Assembly: GCA_035084275.1 (NCBI GenBank)
Contig: CM068743.1
Span: forward strand, 121,706,001 to 121,770,000
Direction: 5' to 3'
Origin: Hydrolagus colliei
Lineage: Eukaryota
DNA length: 64,000 nucleotides
Shown in pieces: positions 48,690 to 62,145 of this stretch. Below the pieces are notes generated by a model. The model had not been told where the DNA came from and ran no database searches. It saw only the letters and a list, made by a program, of their open reading frames with translations. Within the stretch, counting starts at the first letter, position 1. Each line of letters opens with the position of its first letter. A program made the position numbers and the translations under genes.

Positions 48690-49347
48690 ACACAACAACA
48701 ACAACAACTTTGATTTATGTGGCACCCTCCACGCTGAATGGCGTCTCAGAGCGTTTCACAATAGCGGATCCCGGGACCAAGCCAGGGTCAGGGGTAGAAA
48801 GATGACCAAAGGCGCGGTCGAAGAGAAAGGTCTTTAGCCATGACCTGAAACTGGGAAGAGAGGGGGCGAGGCAAAGGGAGTGAGGAAGGGAGTTCCAGAG
48901 CCTCGGGGCATAGTGGCTGAAGGCACGTCCACTGAGGGTGGAGTGGAGGATTCGGGGGACATGGAGGAGGCCAGATCCGGTGGAACGAAGGCAGCGGGTG
49001 CTGGGTTGGGGGGAGAGGAGATCAGAGAGATAGGGGGGTGCAGAGGAGTGGAGGGACTTGAAAACAAGGGTGAGGATCTTGAAGTCGATTCTCTCAAGGA
49101 TAGGGAGCCAGTGAAGTCTGGCAAGGACTGGGGTAATGGGGGAGCGAAACTTGGTCCGGATGAGTATGCGGGCGGCAGAGTTTTGAATTAGCTGGATTTT
49201 GTGGATTGTGGTGGAGAGGAGACCGGCGAGGAGGCTGTTGCAATAGTCCAGCCAAGAGGTGACAAAGGCGTGGACCAAGGTATCAGCGGCTTTTGGGGTG
49301 AGGTATTGCCGGAGACAGGCAATCCGTCGGAGGTGGAAGAAGGCGGT
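48690..49347 (-). mobile_element. L2 LINE 3' fragment with uninterrupted ORF2 C-terminus
   Basis: ORF 48715-49278 HAFVTSWLDYCNSLLAGL...IQNSAARIL...ITPVLARLHWLPILERIDFKIL...GRAFSHYAPRLWNSLP. (TTG)n tail. Confidence 0.92.
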
Positions 49348-49354
49348 GCTAGAA

Positions 49355-49647
49355 TCAGTGTTCGAATCCAGGCAGGTCAGGGCGAAACCTTGGGAAAGTA
49401 AGTTTCCTGTTTCCTTACTTCACACGCCTAATAACAATAATCTGTCCAAAAAAACCACAATAGTAAAATTGGTCATTTCAATCCACGACTGTTTGTGGTA
49501 TACTGTTGTGAGCAATTGGCTGCCGCAATTCGCCCACAAATATACAGTCAATTCACTTTACAATATATTCTGTGAAGTGCTTTGGGACATCGATAAGATG
49601 TGAAGAGCGCTATATCAAATGCAAGGATTATTATTATTATTATTATA
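49355..49647 (+). mobile_element. tRNA-derived SINE lacking the A-box end
   Basis: Begins at gtgttcgaatccaggcagg and abuts the L2 fragment. (TTA)n tail. Confidence 0.88.
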
Positions 49648-50344
49648 GAATCAGCAAGCTTATCACCATCAACTTTAAGTTCTTCACCCATTCTTTCAAT
49701 CGCATCCTATCTCTGTAATCTGCTGCAACTCTGACACTCCCTCCACTCTGCCAACTCTGCCCTGCTTTATGCCTCTACCCACCCAGACAAAGACATTGGT
49801 CCCTCCCTGTAGAATTCACTTCCAAGATTCCTTTGTACCCCCACCCTCCTTCTCTACTTGGAAGGATGACCCATCCCTTTAACCGTGCTTTTGGCCACCC
49901 TCGTCCCTGTCCATCCCCCCCATTCATGGATTGAATCCATAAAAAAAATTTCTAGACATCCTCCCAACACAAAGCCATTATATAATTGGAATTAAAAAAC
50001 AAAATAATATAATTGAATTGTTGCTTTGCTGAGTGATTGAACAGCATGCGTTAGTTATACATCTCACCCATGTGATACATGGTGCCACAAATACCGCTCT
50101 TTTACAACTCTTTCAGCAAAGAAAGCACTTTGTGTTTTACAGCAGGATGGACCTTGTGAATAGCAATGAGAAAATAATTAAATTTGGAAATAGCACAAAA
50201 GATCTGATAATTGCTGTAGATGGCTCAACAAGCAAGCTTAAATGCTTCCATTATATCTTTGTCTTAGCAACTGTTCTTGCAGTAAGTAGATTGGATTTGA
50301 ATCAACTTGTAGTAAAAACAAATATTCCTCTTTAACAAATTTAA

Positions 50345-50800
50345 GGAGTGCTGTAGCTCATTGGTTAGAGTTCCCACCTTGCAAGCGAGAGACCCGGGTT
50401 TGATTCCTGGCAGGGCAAAATGTTGGGCAAGTTTCCCTACTCCACAGACCTCGGGACTTTGAGATGTCTTCTTGGCATGATAGACGCTACATCAAATGTT
50501 ATAATAACAATAATACTTACATTAGATATAATAATAATCATAATAATTCTTGCTTTTGATCTAGCATCTGATCACATCTTCGAAACGTCTCAAAGTGCTT
50601 CACAGAATATATTGCAAAGTGAATTCCCACAAATAATCATAGATTTAAATTACTGTACTTTTATATATTTTGAAGGAGTTACACCCAGCAAAGCGATCTA
50701 CCAATCAACTAACAGCCAGGTTCCTAATTACTGCTAGGTAAACAGACGCATCTGGAGTAAGAAAACTAGCCCAACATTTCACCGTGCCGGAAATCAAACC
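50345..50800. mobile_element. Tail-to-tail inverted pair of internally deleted SINEs
   Basis: Plus head ggagtgctgtagctcattggttagag joined directly to the tail. Then a minus long-variant copy (ctgctaggtaaacaga...ggagtaagaaaact). Confidence 0.75.
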
Positions 50801-53800
50801 CAAATTATTACTATTATTATAATCACATATAGTCTTCTAACGGGACATCAAGCTCCGTGACTGGGAATCCTGACTGAAATACCTCCATATCACAGCGATG
50901 TTCTAGTTTGGCCTTTCCTTAAGTACAAGAGAGGTTCAGATCCCAGGATCTCACACCCGAAGTCCCGGGATTTTGTACAAAGACCAAGCTTGGGCAGATG
51001 GGTTTGTGGGTCTTCGCACTCCACTGGAAGCAGGCTAGCTGTCCGTGGTCGCATGGATGAGCTGATGGAAGCATATGGGTGGAGGTTTAAACCTCCTTGG
51101 ACCCTCCCCACAGAGGGGTCCTCTCTCTGAGGTACCCCACTGGTGCAGAGAATGACCACTGGCATCAAGGACGAGGTACGATTTGGGTTTCTGGGATCCC
51201 AGGATTCAGGGCAATACAATCTTCAAGTTCAGGCATATCAAAAGAGCATTGGGAACACAACTATGCAACTGGACCATAGCCAATCGGATGGCTATTTTAG
51301 AAACTTTATGAAAGCACCACATTTGCATGGACACCATGTTCTCAATCTGCCAGACACTGGAATTGTGCGTAAACCAGAGGTTGCTGTTTTCCCAGTTTTA
51401 CAGTGCAGGGAAAACTGTATCTCAGCCACAACATAACATAAATATTTATTTTTTGGGAAACGCGGCATTAAGATACTGCAAGCATTACCCACTTCAAAGC
51501 AAAACTATTGTGGAGTATGGCCAACCTAGTGTGAATTATGGTTTAGTAAGTGTTATTAAACGGAGTACTGTACTTTATGCTACAAAAATAAGAGCAAAAC
51601 AATTGGGATTGTAATGCTATAAGCCTATGCATGAACAGACATGCCCCATGGAAAATGCAGAACCGTGTCTTGCATAGTGAGACAAAGACACTTGTGGTTT
51701 TGAAGAACTGGAAATCTAGCACAGAATTCTTGCTGCTGAGATTGACAATTTTCTAAAAGTGTTCATAGCATGACAAATACAAAAGAAAAACTGCAGCTTT
51801 CTTAAATAGCCATCATTCCTCGGTATTGCTGCTGATTGTTTGAAATCAAATCCCATGTTGTCTCCATCAGAGCTCAGCAGGAAACCCAATAGAGCCAGCT
51901 CCTGACAAAGTGACCTGTTGTGACTGCAGCACAAGCCCACGTGAGGTTCCAGGACATCGCTTTATCTTTGTAGCAAGTTTGAGAGGTTTCAAAGTTTTGT
52001 TTGATTCAGTCATAGAGAAACCTAGTTCAGATTTGATCAGGTTTTGTATCCAGTTTTTCCACTGTACTCCACTCCACTTCACTGAGTGAGTTCCTTTAAC
52101 AGAACTGAAATGTTTGCTCGTACTGAAGCTACTAGTTTTAAAGGTCAGGCTCAAACTAAAGTATCAAGAGCAGAGATGGGTTGAAACCAGACACTGGTAG
52201 TAGAGGGACTGATCCACATGCCAGCCATATTGAGTTTCTACAATTCACATCCCATAGATACCAGGTGTTAGAAGATTCATCAGAGCTAGAAATGCAGTGT
52301 AGTTCTGCTTTACTAAAATACAGTACATTGGTAGTTTTACTTCGAAATTATAGATTGCATAGGAAATGAATCAGCATTACAGGGGACTGCTTCAGAGGCT
52401 CAGTTGAAAGAAAATAAGCATTGATCTATCCATTGGGTACCTTCTGTAATGGAAAAGCCCCAGCCCCACCAGGACTGGAGCCAATGGAATGATCAGAGCC
52501 CATGGAATGGGGTGTTGTCAGTAACATGATCAGACCTTTGCTGCCTTGTTTGTCCAGATGCGCTTGGTGAGCCAAAAGTCTTTTCCCCAGTTTTTTCTAT
52601 TTGCCCCTTTATCCACAACCCTGCAAATATGCCGGTTGCTTGTCCCCAGGCATTTCTTCTCCTCTGTGCCTCCTGCTAGTCCAGCCTTTCTACTACAACA
52701 ACTTGGATTTATATAGTGCTCTTTATGCCAGATGGCGTTTCAGAGCTCTTCACAAGAGCAGAGCCCGGGGCTGAGCCAGTGGGTGATCGTAGGCTCGATC
52801 CAACAGAAAAGTCGTTTAGGCCGACCTGAGAATTGAAAAGGAGGGAGCAAGACGAAGGGATTGAGGGACAGAGTTCCAGAGCTAGGAGAGAGTGGGCATT
52901 CCATTGCACACATAGGAACATTTCCATGTGGGGCTGTCATGCATAGATCTCACTGTACATAAATACATCAATGTTAACTCACAGTAAAAAATAACAAGCT
53001 TGTCATTGTCAAGCCAGCAAATGTGTGGTAAAATTTACCACAAGCAGAATAATTTAATTTGAGAAGCATTTCATATTTGTTCTCACAAATATTTGTCAAT
53101 GTATTAAACCGAATTTCTGCACAGGTACTCTTGTTAGAATTATTAAATGGGTAAATTATTACATTGTACTAAGCATTTGCATATTAACATCAGACAATTT
53201 TCTCTTTGTCTGCTGTGTGTCACTTATTTTTTCTGAGAAGAAATATGTTCACTTTGTGTGCAAACCAACAGATAAATAAATAACCATCATCCCTGTGAAG
53301 AGAAAGAGAGGGGGGGTTGTCTCCTTGGAACTGAGTTGGCGATGAGATTAGATTGGCAGACGGATAACTGAGGCAGAGATTTTTCCCAATCGAATCCTGT
53401 CAACTCCAGAAGCCGAAGCCCTAATGCATACCACCACCAACAACAACAAAATTATATTTTGTAAAGCGTATTTCACGTCAGGAGGACGTCCCAAGGCATA
53501 AGATACTCTTAGCTGGATAAACAATGGGAAGCTTGCAACACAGTGCTATGTGCAATGGCAAGCTATGTCTTTTAGCTGGTTAAATTCCATGGTGATGTGT
53601 TGAACAAAGTTGAACAAAAAATAAATAACCAGGCTCTGCTCATTTCAGTGGATTTTCAGTGCGAAAGCTTGTGGTTTGGTCTTCGCGAGTGCATTAATAA
53701 TGCAACAAACCGTTCTTTCAGTAACTCGAAAGTTGACAAGCATGCAATGGCCTGTCACAGGCAGAAACACCTGTGACTTTTAATAAAACTGTCTATTACA

Positions 53801-53804
53801 CCAG

Positions 53805-55180
53805 AACAACAACAATAAAATTACATTTGTTTAGTGCATTTTACATCGGGAGGATGTCCCAGGGAGCTGGACAGATAGTATTTTGGACCCAAGATCATGG
53901 AGAGTGGAGGGCAGGAGAGGAAAGAGGTTGATCTAAAGCATGGTCAAAGAGCAGGGCCTTGAGGTGAATGTAGAAGGAGGCAAAAGATGGGGAGAGATGG
54001 ATGGACTGTGGGATGGAGTTGCAGAGGGTAGGGGCCCACCTGCTAATGGTATGGTGGGCGAGGCGGGGATGTGAAGCAGGCCAGAGCCCACTGACGGAGG
54101 CAGCAGACAGGGTGGTAGGGGGTTAGGAGGTCCTGGAGGTAGGGCAAAGTGAGGCCATGGAGGACTTTGAATGTGAGGACTAGGATCTTGAACTATATCC
54201 TCTGTGTGAGGGAAAGCCAGTGGAGTTGAGCAAGGGTGGGAGTGATATATGGTCACGGAGCCTAGTATGGTAGTGGACTCAGAGTTCTGGATGATATGCG
54301 CCTGTGGAGGGAGGAGTTGAGGAAGCCGACAAGCAAGGAGTTTGCATAGTCAAGCCTGGATGTTATGAATGTGTGAGAGTTTCAGCTGCCTGCGGTGTGA
54401 GACAAGGCAGAGCCGGGCAATGTTGCAGAGGTGGGGAAATGAAAAGCAGGTCATGGCATGCATTTGGGCTAGAAAGGATAGTTGAGGGTTGAACAACTGT
54501 TTCTGGAGATGAAGTGGAGGCAGATGAGAGGTACAAACTGAACCATGGAAGGACAGAACCATGAAAGTTGAGATGAGAGGAGAGGCAGTAGAGGAGGATA
54601 GAAGGGTCAACAGTATCGAAGGCAGCAGAGATGTCAAGGAGGACAAGGAGGTAACGGGAGCTCTGGTTGCAGATGGACAGAATGTCACTTTGACCAGAGC
54701 TGTTTCTGTTCTGTGGGTGGCACGTAAACCAAATTGGAGGGGTTCATTTAGGGAGTGGTGGCAGAGGAATGAGCGAAGCTGGGAAGCAACGATTTGTTCC
54801 AGGAACTTGGAGAGGAAAGGGAGGTTAGAGCTAGGAGATAAGGAGAAAGGTAGGGATGGGATCAAGTGGGCAGGTGATCGGTTTCATGTGGGTTATATTG
54901 GTGATGAAAGAGGATGGGAGACAGATTTAAAAGTGTGGAGGAGTAGGGGCCAGGGTGTGAGGGGCAGATGGGGAGAGGGTACTATATGGAAGAGTCGAGG
55001 AAGCTGAACTGATACCCTCCACTTTGAATTTGCGGAAGTTCAGCATCGTTGTGCTAAAAGCCAACCTCTGATGTTGGAGCGGAGGGTGCAATGGATGAAC
55101 AGGAGGCTGGTGCCAGTTGAGCGAAGATGCCAAGTACAGTAGTTTATTGAGGAATGAGGAGGTCAGAGACTTAGGGAGGT
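53805..55180 (-). mobile_element. L2 LINE, decayed, with tail B
   Basis: Peptide SNLPFLSKFLEQIVASQL...[20 protein letters not shown]. Tail aacaacaacaataaaattacattt...gggaggatgtccca. Confidence 0.88.
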
Positions 55181-55389
55181 GCCAGAGAATAACTCAGTGA
55201 CCAATTTTCTCACAGCAATTTCCTATAAAAAGCAATAAAGTGAATGACCAATTTTATCTAGGGGATTATTGGCCATGTCACTCCTTCCTATCACTTAATA
55301 TGTACAAGTATTTACAAAAAAATAACAATTGTTAAATTTGATAAATTTGCTTATATTTAGGAGATAGTAAAATATATTTAACTCCAGTT

Positions 55390-55870
55390 ATATAGAGATA
55401 CAGCAGAAGTAGGCCTTTCGCCGAACTAGGCTGTGCAATTGTTTATACTCCACACAAGCCACTCCTATCCAATGTCAACAACAACAGCAATAAAATTACA
55501 TTTCTAGAGTTACTTTCACGTCGGGAGGACGTCCTTCCTAATCTTCTTGCCCATATCCCTCCATTCTCACTTCTGGAATGTTAGTCCATGTGGATGATGC
55601 TAAAGAAATGAAAGTTGTTGTTGTTTTATTACCTTCTCCCTCAGATGTTATTTTAAATACATTGATGTTGTTTGCATAACCCACAGCTTCTGGCAGCAAG
55701 TTCTGCATTCTCATCACTCCTATGTGAAGAAGTTCCTCCTAAACCCGCTAGTAGATTACTACTTATATTTATACCCCCTTGTTTTGGCCTCACCAATAAA
55801 TGGAAACAACATATCAACATCCACCTGATTGAATTTTTTCAAAAATCTTATTAAACTCCTCTATGATGTC
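55390..55870 (-). mobile_element. CR1 3' remnant with inserted L2 tail
   Basis: atagagatacagcagaagtaggcctttcg...ggcagcaagttctgcattctcatcactc. Confidence 0.6.
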
Positions 55871-56914
55871 CCCTATCACTCAATCAGCTTCTCACCCAAG
55901 TCGCTTTTTTTGTACATGAATCTAAACGAGGAACATTGGCAGGCTTTTCGACCATGAGTGAGATCATAACCAATCCCATTCTTATTCTCACCTGTTGACC
56001 ACAAATGCCTACTTTCCAGCAGGGTGTCTGCATTAGCAATCAGGAATGGTGATCTAACTTGATGTTTCCCTCCAACCGAAGAGCACTGAGGCCAATTGGA
56101 GCTCCCTGATTGTTACCCTCAGTTGAAATCAGCTAACTTAGAACAGAGCAGAATTTGAATCTGTCATTCTTGTCTAGTCAATGTCTTTCCCCAGTATAGT
56201 GTCAAAGGATCCTACAGTTAACAGTAGGAGCTTTTTGTTAGGAGCTGAGTTCAATCTGAATGGAAGCCATATTGCATGACAACTGTAGCTCATATTTTGC
56301 AAGGTCTTCCAGAACACACCATTCATGATTGTATGCTGACCTCTGTCTGTATGTGTACAGCCGCATTAACAGCAGTTTGTATTGCCATTTGTTACAAGGA
56401 TTTTTTCTAAAATAAAAGTTGAAACAATATGAGAAGACACAATTCATTCATAATCTCAAAGTCTTTGGACACCCGTTTTTAATGATAGGATCTGTCAACT
56501 CAGATATTTATGGTTGTATGACCAAGAAGTAACAGCTGGCACCTTGTGCTGTGACAGTATTAACCTGAGGTAATGCAACCAGAAATAGCAGAACCAACCT
56601 TGAATAAGGCATTTATTTCATACGCATGTCATTATTACTCAAGCTTGACAGCTCTGCTCAGATATAATGTCAGGAATATGCTGGCATGTCCACTAGTTTT
56701 GACCCATTACTAATACAGGATATGAGTCCATATCTTAACACAATGTGACTTGATGTCATGTTAAGGATGCTACTGTGTCTGGAAATCCAATAATAGATTG
56801 TTGGCTGACATGTAGTTTTACGATTAAAGGCAGATTGCAGAGATAAGAGTTTTTAAATGATCTGGCTGAGGCTGCAAAAAACAAATTACAACGACTTCCA
56901 GCCCTACAGAGTCT

Positions 56915-57930
56915 CATGCGGTGTTTTTCCGTACTGTATCCTTGATCCTCTCCCCTTCAACTTGTACGTGCTCCATCTTGGTGAAATCATCCACAGACAT
57001 GGGGTCAATTTATGATTAACATAACCTCCAACTGTATCTCTGCCTCCACCCCGGACTCCAGGACCACTGCTGTCCTGACAGATTATCTGTCAGATATCAA
57101 GTCCTGAAGAGAGCTAACGTTTTACAGTTAAACGTTAACAAGGCCCTCCTGATTAACTCCCATCAACACCTTCACACTTCAGGCACTGGTAGCATCACCA
57201 TCCATGGATGCACACGCTACCTCACTAAGCCAGTCTGAAACCTTGTTTGACACTCAAATGTAGTTTCTGCCCACATCCATGTCATGACCCGTTCTGCATT
57301 CCCCCACCTCGGCAATATCACCTAGCTCCACCACTAAAACCCTCATTCACACATTCATCACATCTGGACTCGGCCATGCAAACTCCCTGCTTATCACCCT
57401 TCTCAACTCTTCTCTTCACAAGTTACAGATTATCCAGAACTCTGTAGCACAAGTCCTCCCCCACACCAGGCTCCATGAGTCTATGATCCCCACCCTCACC
57501 CGGCTCTACATACCCCAGAGGATAGAGTTCAAAATACTCTTCCTCAACTTCAAGGTACCCCACAGCCTTGCTCCTCCCTAACTCTACAACCTGCTGATCT
57601 CCCTTATCAACCTGTCCAGTCCCTATGCTCAGCAGGCACCGGCCAGCTACACTGTCCCCTGCCTGAATTGCCCTACCATCAGCGGTCACTCTTTTACCCT
57701 CTCTGTCCCCAACTCTATCCCACATTCCCTTCACCTCACTCCTTCCTTTGCCTCCTTCAAGGTATGTCTCAAGACCTTCCTCTTCACCCATTCCCTCGGT
57801 GAGCTTCCTACCCTCCCTGCCCTCCACCCTCTGATGCCAATCCCCATCTTGGATACAAATCCCTAACTGTGCAGCGAGTTGGGACATCCTCTTGATGTGA
57901 AAGATGCTGTACAAATGTAATTTTATATTG
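56915..57930 (+). mobile_element. L2 LINE, decayed, with tail B
   Basis: Similar to the 14285-15420 copy: cacagacatggggtcaa, ttacagattatccagaac, aggatagagttcaaaat, tail gggacatcctcttgatgtgaaagatgc. Confidence 0.82.
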
Positions 57931-58794
57931 TATTCTAATGTTTCTTAATTACATTTCACTTCATTATTGTAGTACTGTACTTGTTTATCAGCACAAATGT
58001 AAGATACCTGCAATCATAAAAACAGTTAGAAGGGGGTGGTTAGTAAAAAAAAAAGGACAATTGGAATGTGGAATTCTCTGCTACTAATTGTTACATGGTA
58101 TAATATTGTAATAAATGATCCTTATATTCGATTTAGGGCCTAATCAGATCAAAACAACACAAAGTGCTTCACAGAAGTTTTTGTTCTTTGAAGTGGTTTG
58201 ACTTTATAGTTGTAGGTTAAATGCAGCAGCCAAATTGCACACAGCAATCTCTAACAAACAGCCATGAAATAAATGAGCATTTAAAAAATAAATCTGGGAA
58301 TTTTTGTCCAGGACACCAGGAGAAATCCCCTTTTCTTTTTGAAAAATGCCCTAGAATCTTTAATGTCCATCTGCACAGAGTCATATTATATTAGATGGCT
58401 TATATGGAGAATAACACAACAACAACAACAGTAATTTAATTTATGTGATTCCTTTCACTCAGGGTATAGTGTAGGAGCACATATTTGATGTAACATTACA
58501 TGATTCATTGGGGAAGACTATTTTTGATGTTCAAAAGGGGAGAGGATTGAATCAGATGTCCATTAGATAACAGATGAGGACATTTTGAGGTTTGGGAAGA
58601 TACGTGTTACCTGGATGTAAGGTGTTACCTGGATCTCTGAGTAGCATTGGGCAAGTTTCCTTACTCCGCACACCTAATAATAACCACTTTAAAAAAATAA
58701 AAAATTGGTCATTTTAACCCTCGATAGTCTGTGAGACACTGCTGTGAGCAATTAGCTGCCACGTTTTGCCCAAAAATATACAGTCATTCTATTC

Positions 58795-59250
58795 GGGTGG
58801 TGGAATTTTGGATAACCTGGATTTTGTGAATGGAGGAGGAGGGGAGACTAGCGAGGAGGACAGACTGGCGAGGAGGACATTGGAATACTCCAGCTTTTGG
58901 GGTAAGATATTGGCAGAGACCGGCGATGCATCAGAGATGGAAGAAAGCGTGCTGGTGAGGGACCGGATGTGGGGGGGAAGGATAATTGATGCCTAAGTTG
59001 CGTACAGGTTTGGAGAGTTTCAAGGACAGGTCGGGTAGGTGAGAGCTGTGGGATTGAAGACATCAACGAGAGCCAAAGAGTATGGCTTCCATCTTGTCAA
59101 CATTGAGCTGAAGGAAATTCACACTCATCTAGCTCTTGATGTCTGACAGACAGGCCGACAGAACATCAGGGGACTGCGGGTCGCAAATTGAGGTGGAAAA
59201 GTAGTGTTGGGTAGTGTCATCCGCATAAATGTGGAAATGTGCCCCACGTA
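58795..59250 (-). mobile_element. L2 fragment around the RT YADD motif
   Basis: gtgtcatccgcataaatgtgg reads H-I-Y-A-D-D-T on the minus strand. cattgagctgaaggaaatt reads NFLQLN. Confidence 0.8.
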
Positions 59251-59904
59251 CAGCTTTGAAATTAAAACTGCATTGAAGAAATTGTCAAATTCTGCACTCT
59301 CTGAAAAGCCAAGAAAATGCTGTAAATCTAAATTCTAAATCTGGGTGGAATTTCTTCCCCTTCATTATAGGCGAGGAAATGTATTATTTCTTACACGCAT
59401 GGGAGACCTAACCGGAAATTTCCTGAAATAAAATGTCAACCCCATTCAGGAGATTCACACTTATTCTAACCAGTGATCAAGATTTTGTCGGACTTTAAAC
59501 ATTAAAGCATTTCACAAAGCAGGAAATTGCATACAATATGCAATTTCAGTAGATCAAACCATAAAACATTAACTTGATCAAAAAGAGAATAGAATGGTTT
59601 AATATGTCTTATAAAGCTGAATAAATAGCTGCAGTCTATTCCTGCACAGATGGCACAGAAATTTGTTTGTGACATTTACACATATTACACATACTCTATG
59701 CATTTTAAAATGAAATAAAGTACCCGATGTATGTTCTAAGGAAAACTCAACCAGAGGTTGAAATATGCTTGAAGGTAGTAATACATATGTTTACATTTAT
59801 TACGTAATTGTTATAATAACAATAGTCCTTCCATTTGAGTTCACTTCCAAATGTACTGCACAGTAAGTATCCAGGGAAGTGCTTGGAAACATTTTAATTA
59901 TAAT

Positions 59905-60224
59905 AAAAATAATAATATTAATCCTTGCATTTGATATAGCGCTTTTCACGTCTTCTAGACGTCTCAAAGTGCTTCACAGAATATCATGTAAAGTGAATTG
60001 ACTGTACATTTGTGGGTGAAACGTGGCAGCCAATTGCACACAGCAGTGTCCCACAAACAACTGTGGATTGAAATGACCAATTTTTTTTGGTTTGTTTGGA
60101 GAGATTATTATTAGGCGTGTGGGGTGACGAAACTTGTCCAAGGTTTCGCCCTGACCTGCCTGGATTCAAACACAGGTCTCGTGCTTGTAAGGCAAGTGCT
60201 CTAACCACTGAGCTACAGGACTCC
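59905..60224 (-). mobile_element. tRNA-derived SINE, full length
   Basis: Reverse complement of the 11339/44714 copies, ending ctaaccactgagctacaggactcc. Confidence 0.92.
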
Positions 60225-62145
60225 ACAGGGCTACCGGGCTAGTTGCTGTTAGCCTATTTGCAGTTAGCCCACGACTTGCTTTTAACTTGAGTTGGTGCCT
60301 TACTTTATGATGTGATAAGGAACTTTGCCAGATGTACTATACAATATTATTATATAGTGCAATACTATGCAGTGTGTTTTTACATCATGCATCATATAGT
60401 CCTTTATCAGCTAGTAAGTGAACATGAATAGCTGATTTGTGAACAGCAATGCACCACAGAAGGCGACACTGAAAGCACTGCATAACTATTTAATTGGAGG
60501 ACTGTTGACTAGAACATCTGGAGAAACTTCCATCTCTTTTTAAATAGCACCATGATTACTTTAATGTACTCATAAACAAGCAAACGGGAATTTGATTCCA
60601 TTTCTTATCTGAAGGATAGCACCTCCTACACATGCAGCATTCCCCAATACTGCCTTCAGCCACGGCTGATATGTAAGGGGCTAATTTACAGTTTAGGTTG
60701 GTTAATTTTTACGCAGCCTAGGCTGAGACAGGAAGCTAGCCAGTGACCTCTCGCTCCTTAATTTGCAGCTCTATCTACTGCACCAAAAGGACAGCATACA
60801 TCCTTCTCAATGCTAATGTCAAACTGGATTAAGCATTTGACTAACTATTAACAGGAAAGCAGTTTTAGTCTTTCAATCTCATTGCCCAGCAGTTGAATAT
60901 GCAACCCAGTTTCATGCATGTTGGGACTAGAATCAATAACATGAAAGGAGCCTGTCTCTAGCACTTCTGAGGACATTACCAAACTTCTTATCCACTGTTC
61001 GATCCCCAAAATGTTGAACTAAATCTTATCTTTATCTTAAACCACTTTGTATTTCCATCCAACCCTCTTAGACGTGATTTAGCCCCTGGCAGACTTGACA
61101 GTCAGCAGTTAATTTATTATATGAAAAATATAAATCATTTGCTTACATCATAAAGAGATTAAAGCAAACTGCAGGTTGGGAAGTCCGAGGGAATCAGCAG
61201 GATCCAGGAGGTTATGTTACTGATCAGTGACTGATACTGATACTTTAGGTCAAAGTTCTTATTTAAAGCATAGGGCAGGCTATATTAATGCAATCGACCG
61301 CAGCTCATTTACAGTGCAGCAGTGCAAGAGGCCTCCTACCAAAAATACTTGAATACCCGTGTGTCACTGGGAACTTGGCTAGAAATAACTATGCTTTGCT
61401 TAGCACAATCTCCCGTGCACAGAACAGAAACTGCCTTTATAAAGGATCCAAGGAACCAGCCCTATGGTGCAGTGGATAAGTACCCTGATATACTGTGCCA
61501 GTGTGGGGCAGCACAAAGGAGCTCCCATCTTCAGGGAGGAGGGAGAAAAATTAAGAGGCAAATCAATACAGCTTTCACTCATTTGTCAGTGCATGAGCAT
61601 CCCAAATAGCATCCTGAAAACAAATCAGAGCAAGCTATTGCCCTGCGTAACACAGAAAAGACTACAGTTTGAAGCCAGGGGGAAAAAATTACACACTTAC
61701 CAAATTAAATAAATATGTATTCCTATGTCATTTTCTTCAATGAAGAACTTGTGTCATTATTGGGCCCTATCACAACAAACGGGCTTCACAAGAACTTACA
61801 GACAAGTGTAGGGACGATATTTAGGGAGACATGGCAGTCGTTGCACCAGATATGTACCTCAAACAGCCATGTGGTGAATGATCAATAAATCACTAGAATT
61901 GTCGTCAATGGCACTGGGGGAAAGATCCTTCCCTTTCAAATAGTTTTAAGGGATCTTTAACATTCATCTAAGGACAGACTTTGGTTTAAAGGTTTATCAA
62001 AACTTTTAGTTGCAAATTGGCTGCTGTGTTTGCCTATAACATACAGTCATTAGATGTTTTAATAATAATAATCCTTGAATTTGATATAGCGCTTTTCACA
62101 TATCAATGTCTCACAGCGCTTCACCGAATACTGTATACTGTAAAG

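Noticed and set aside
59523-59547. 11-bp hairpin GAAATTGCATA-caa-TATGCAATTTC
   Set aside because: Short and AT-rich, with no supporting context.
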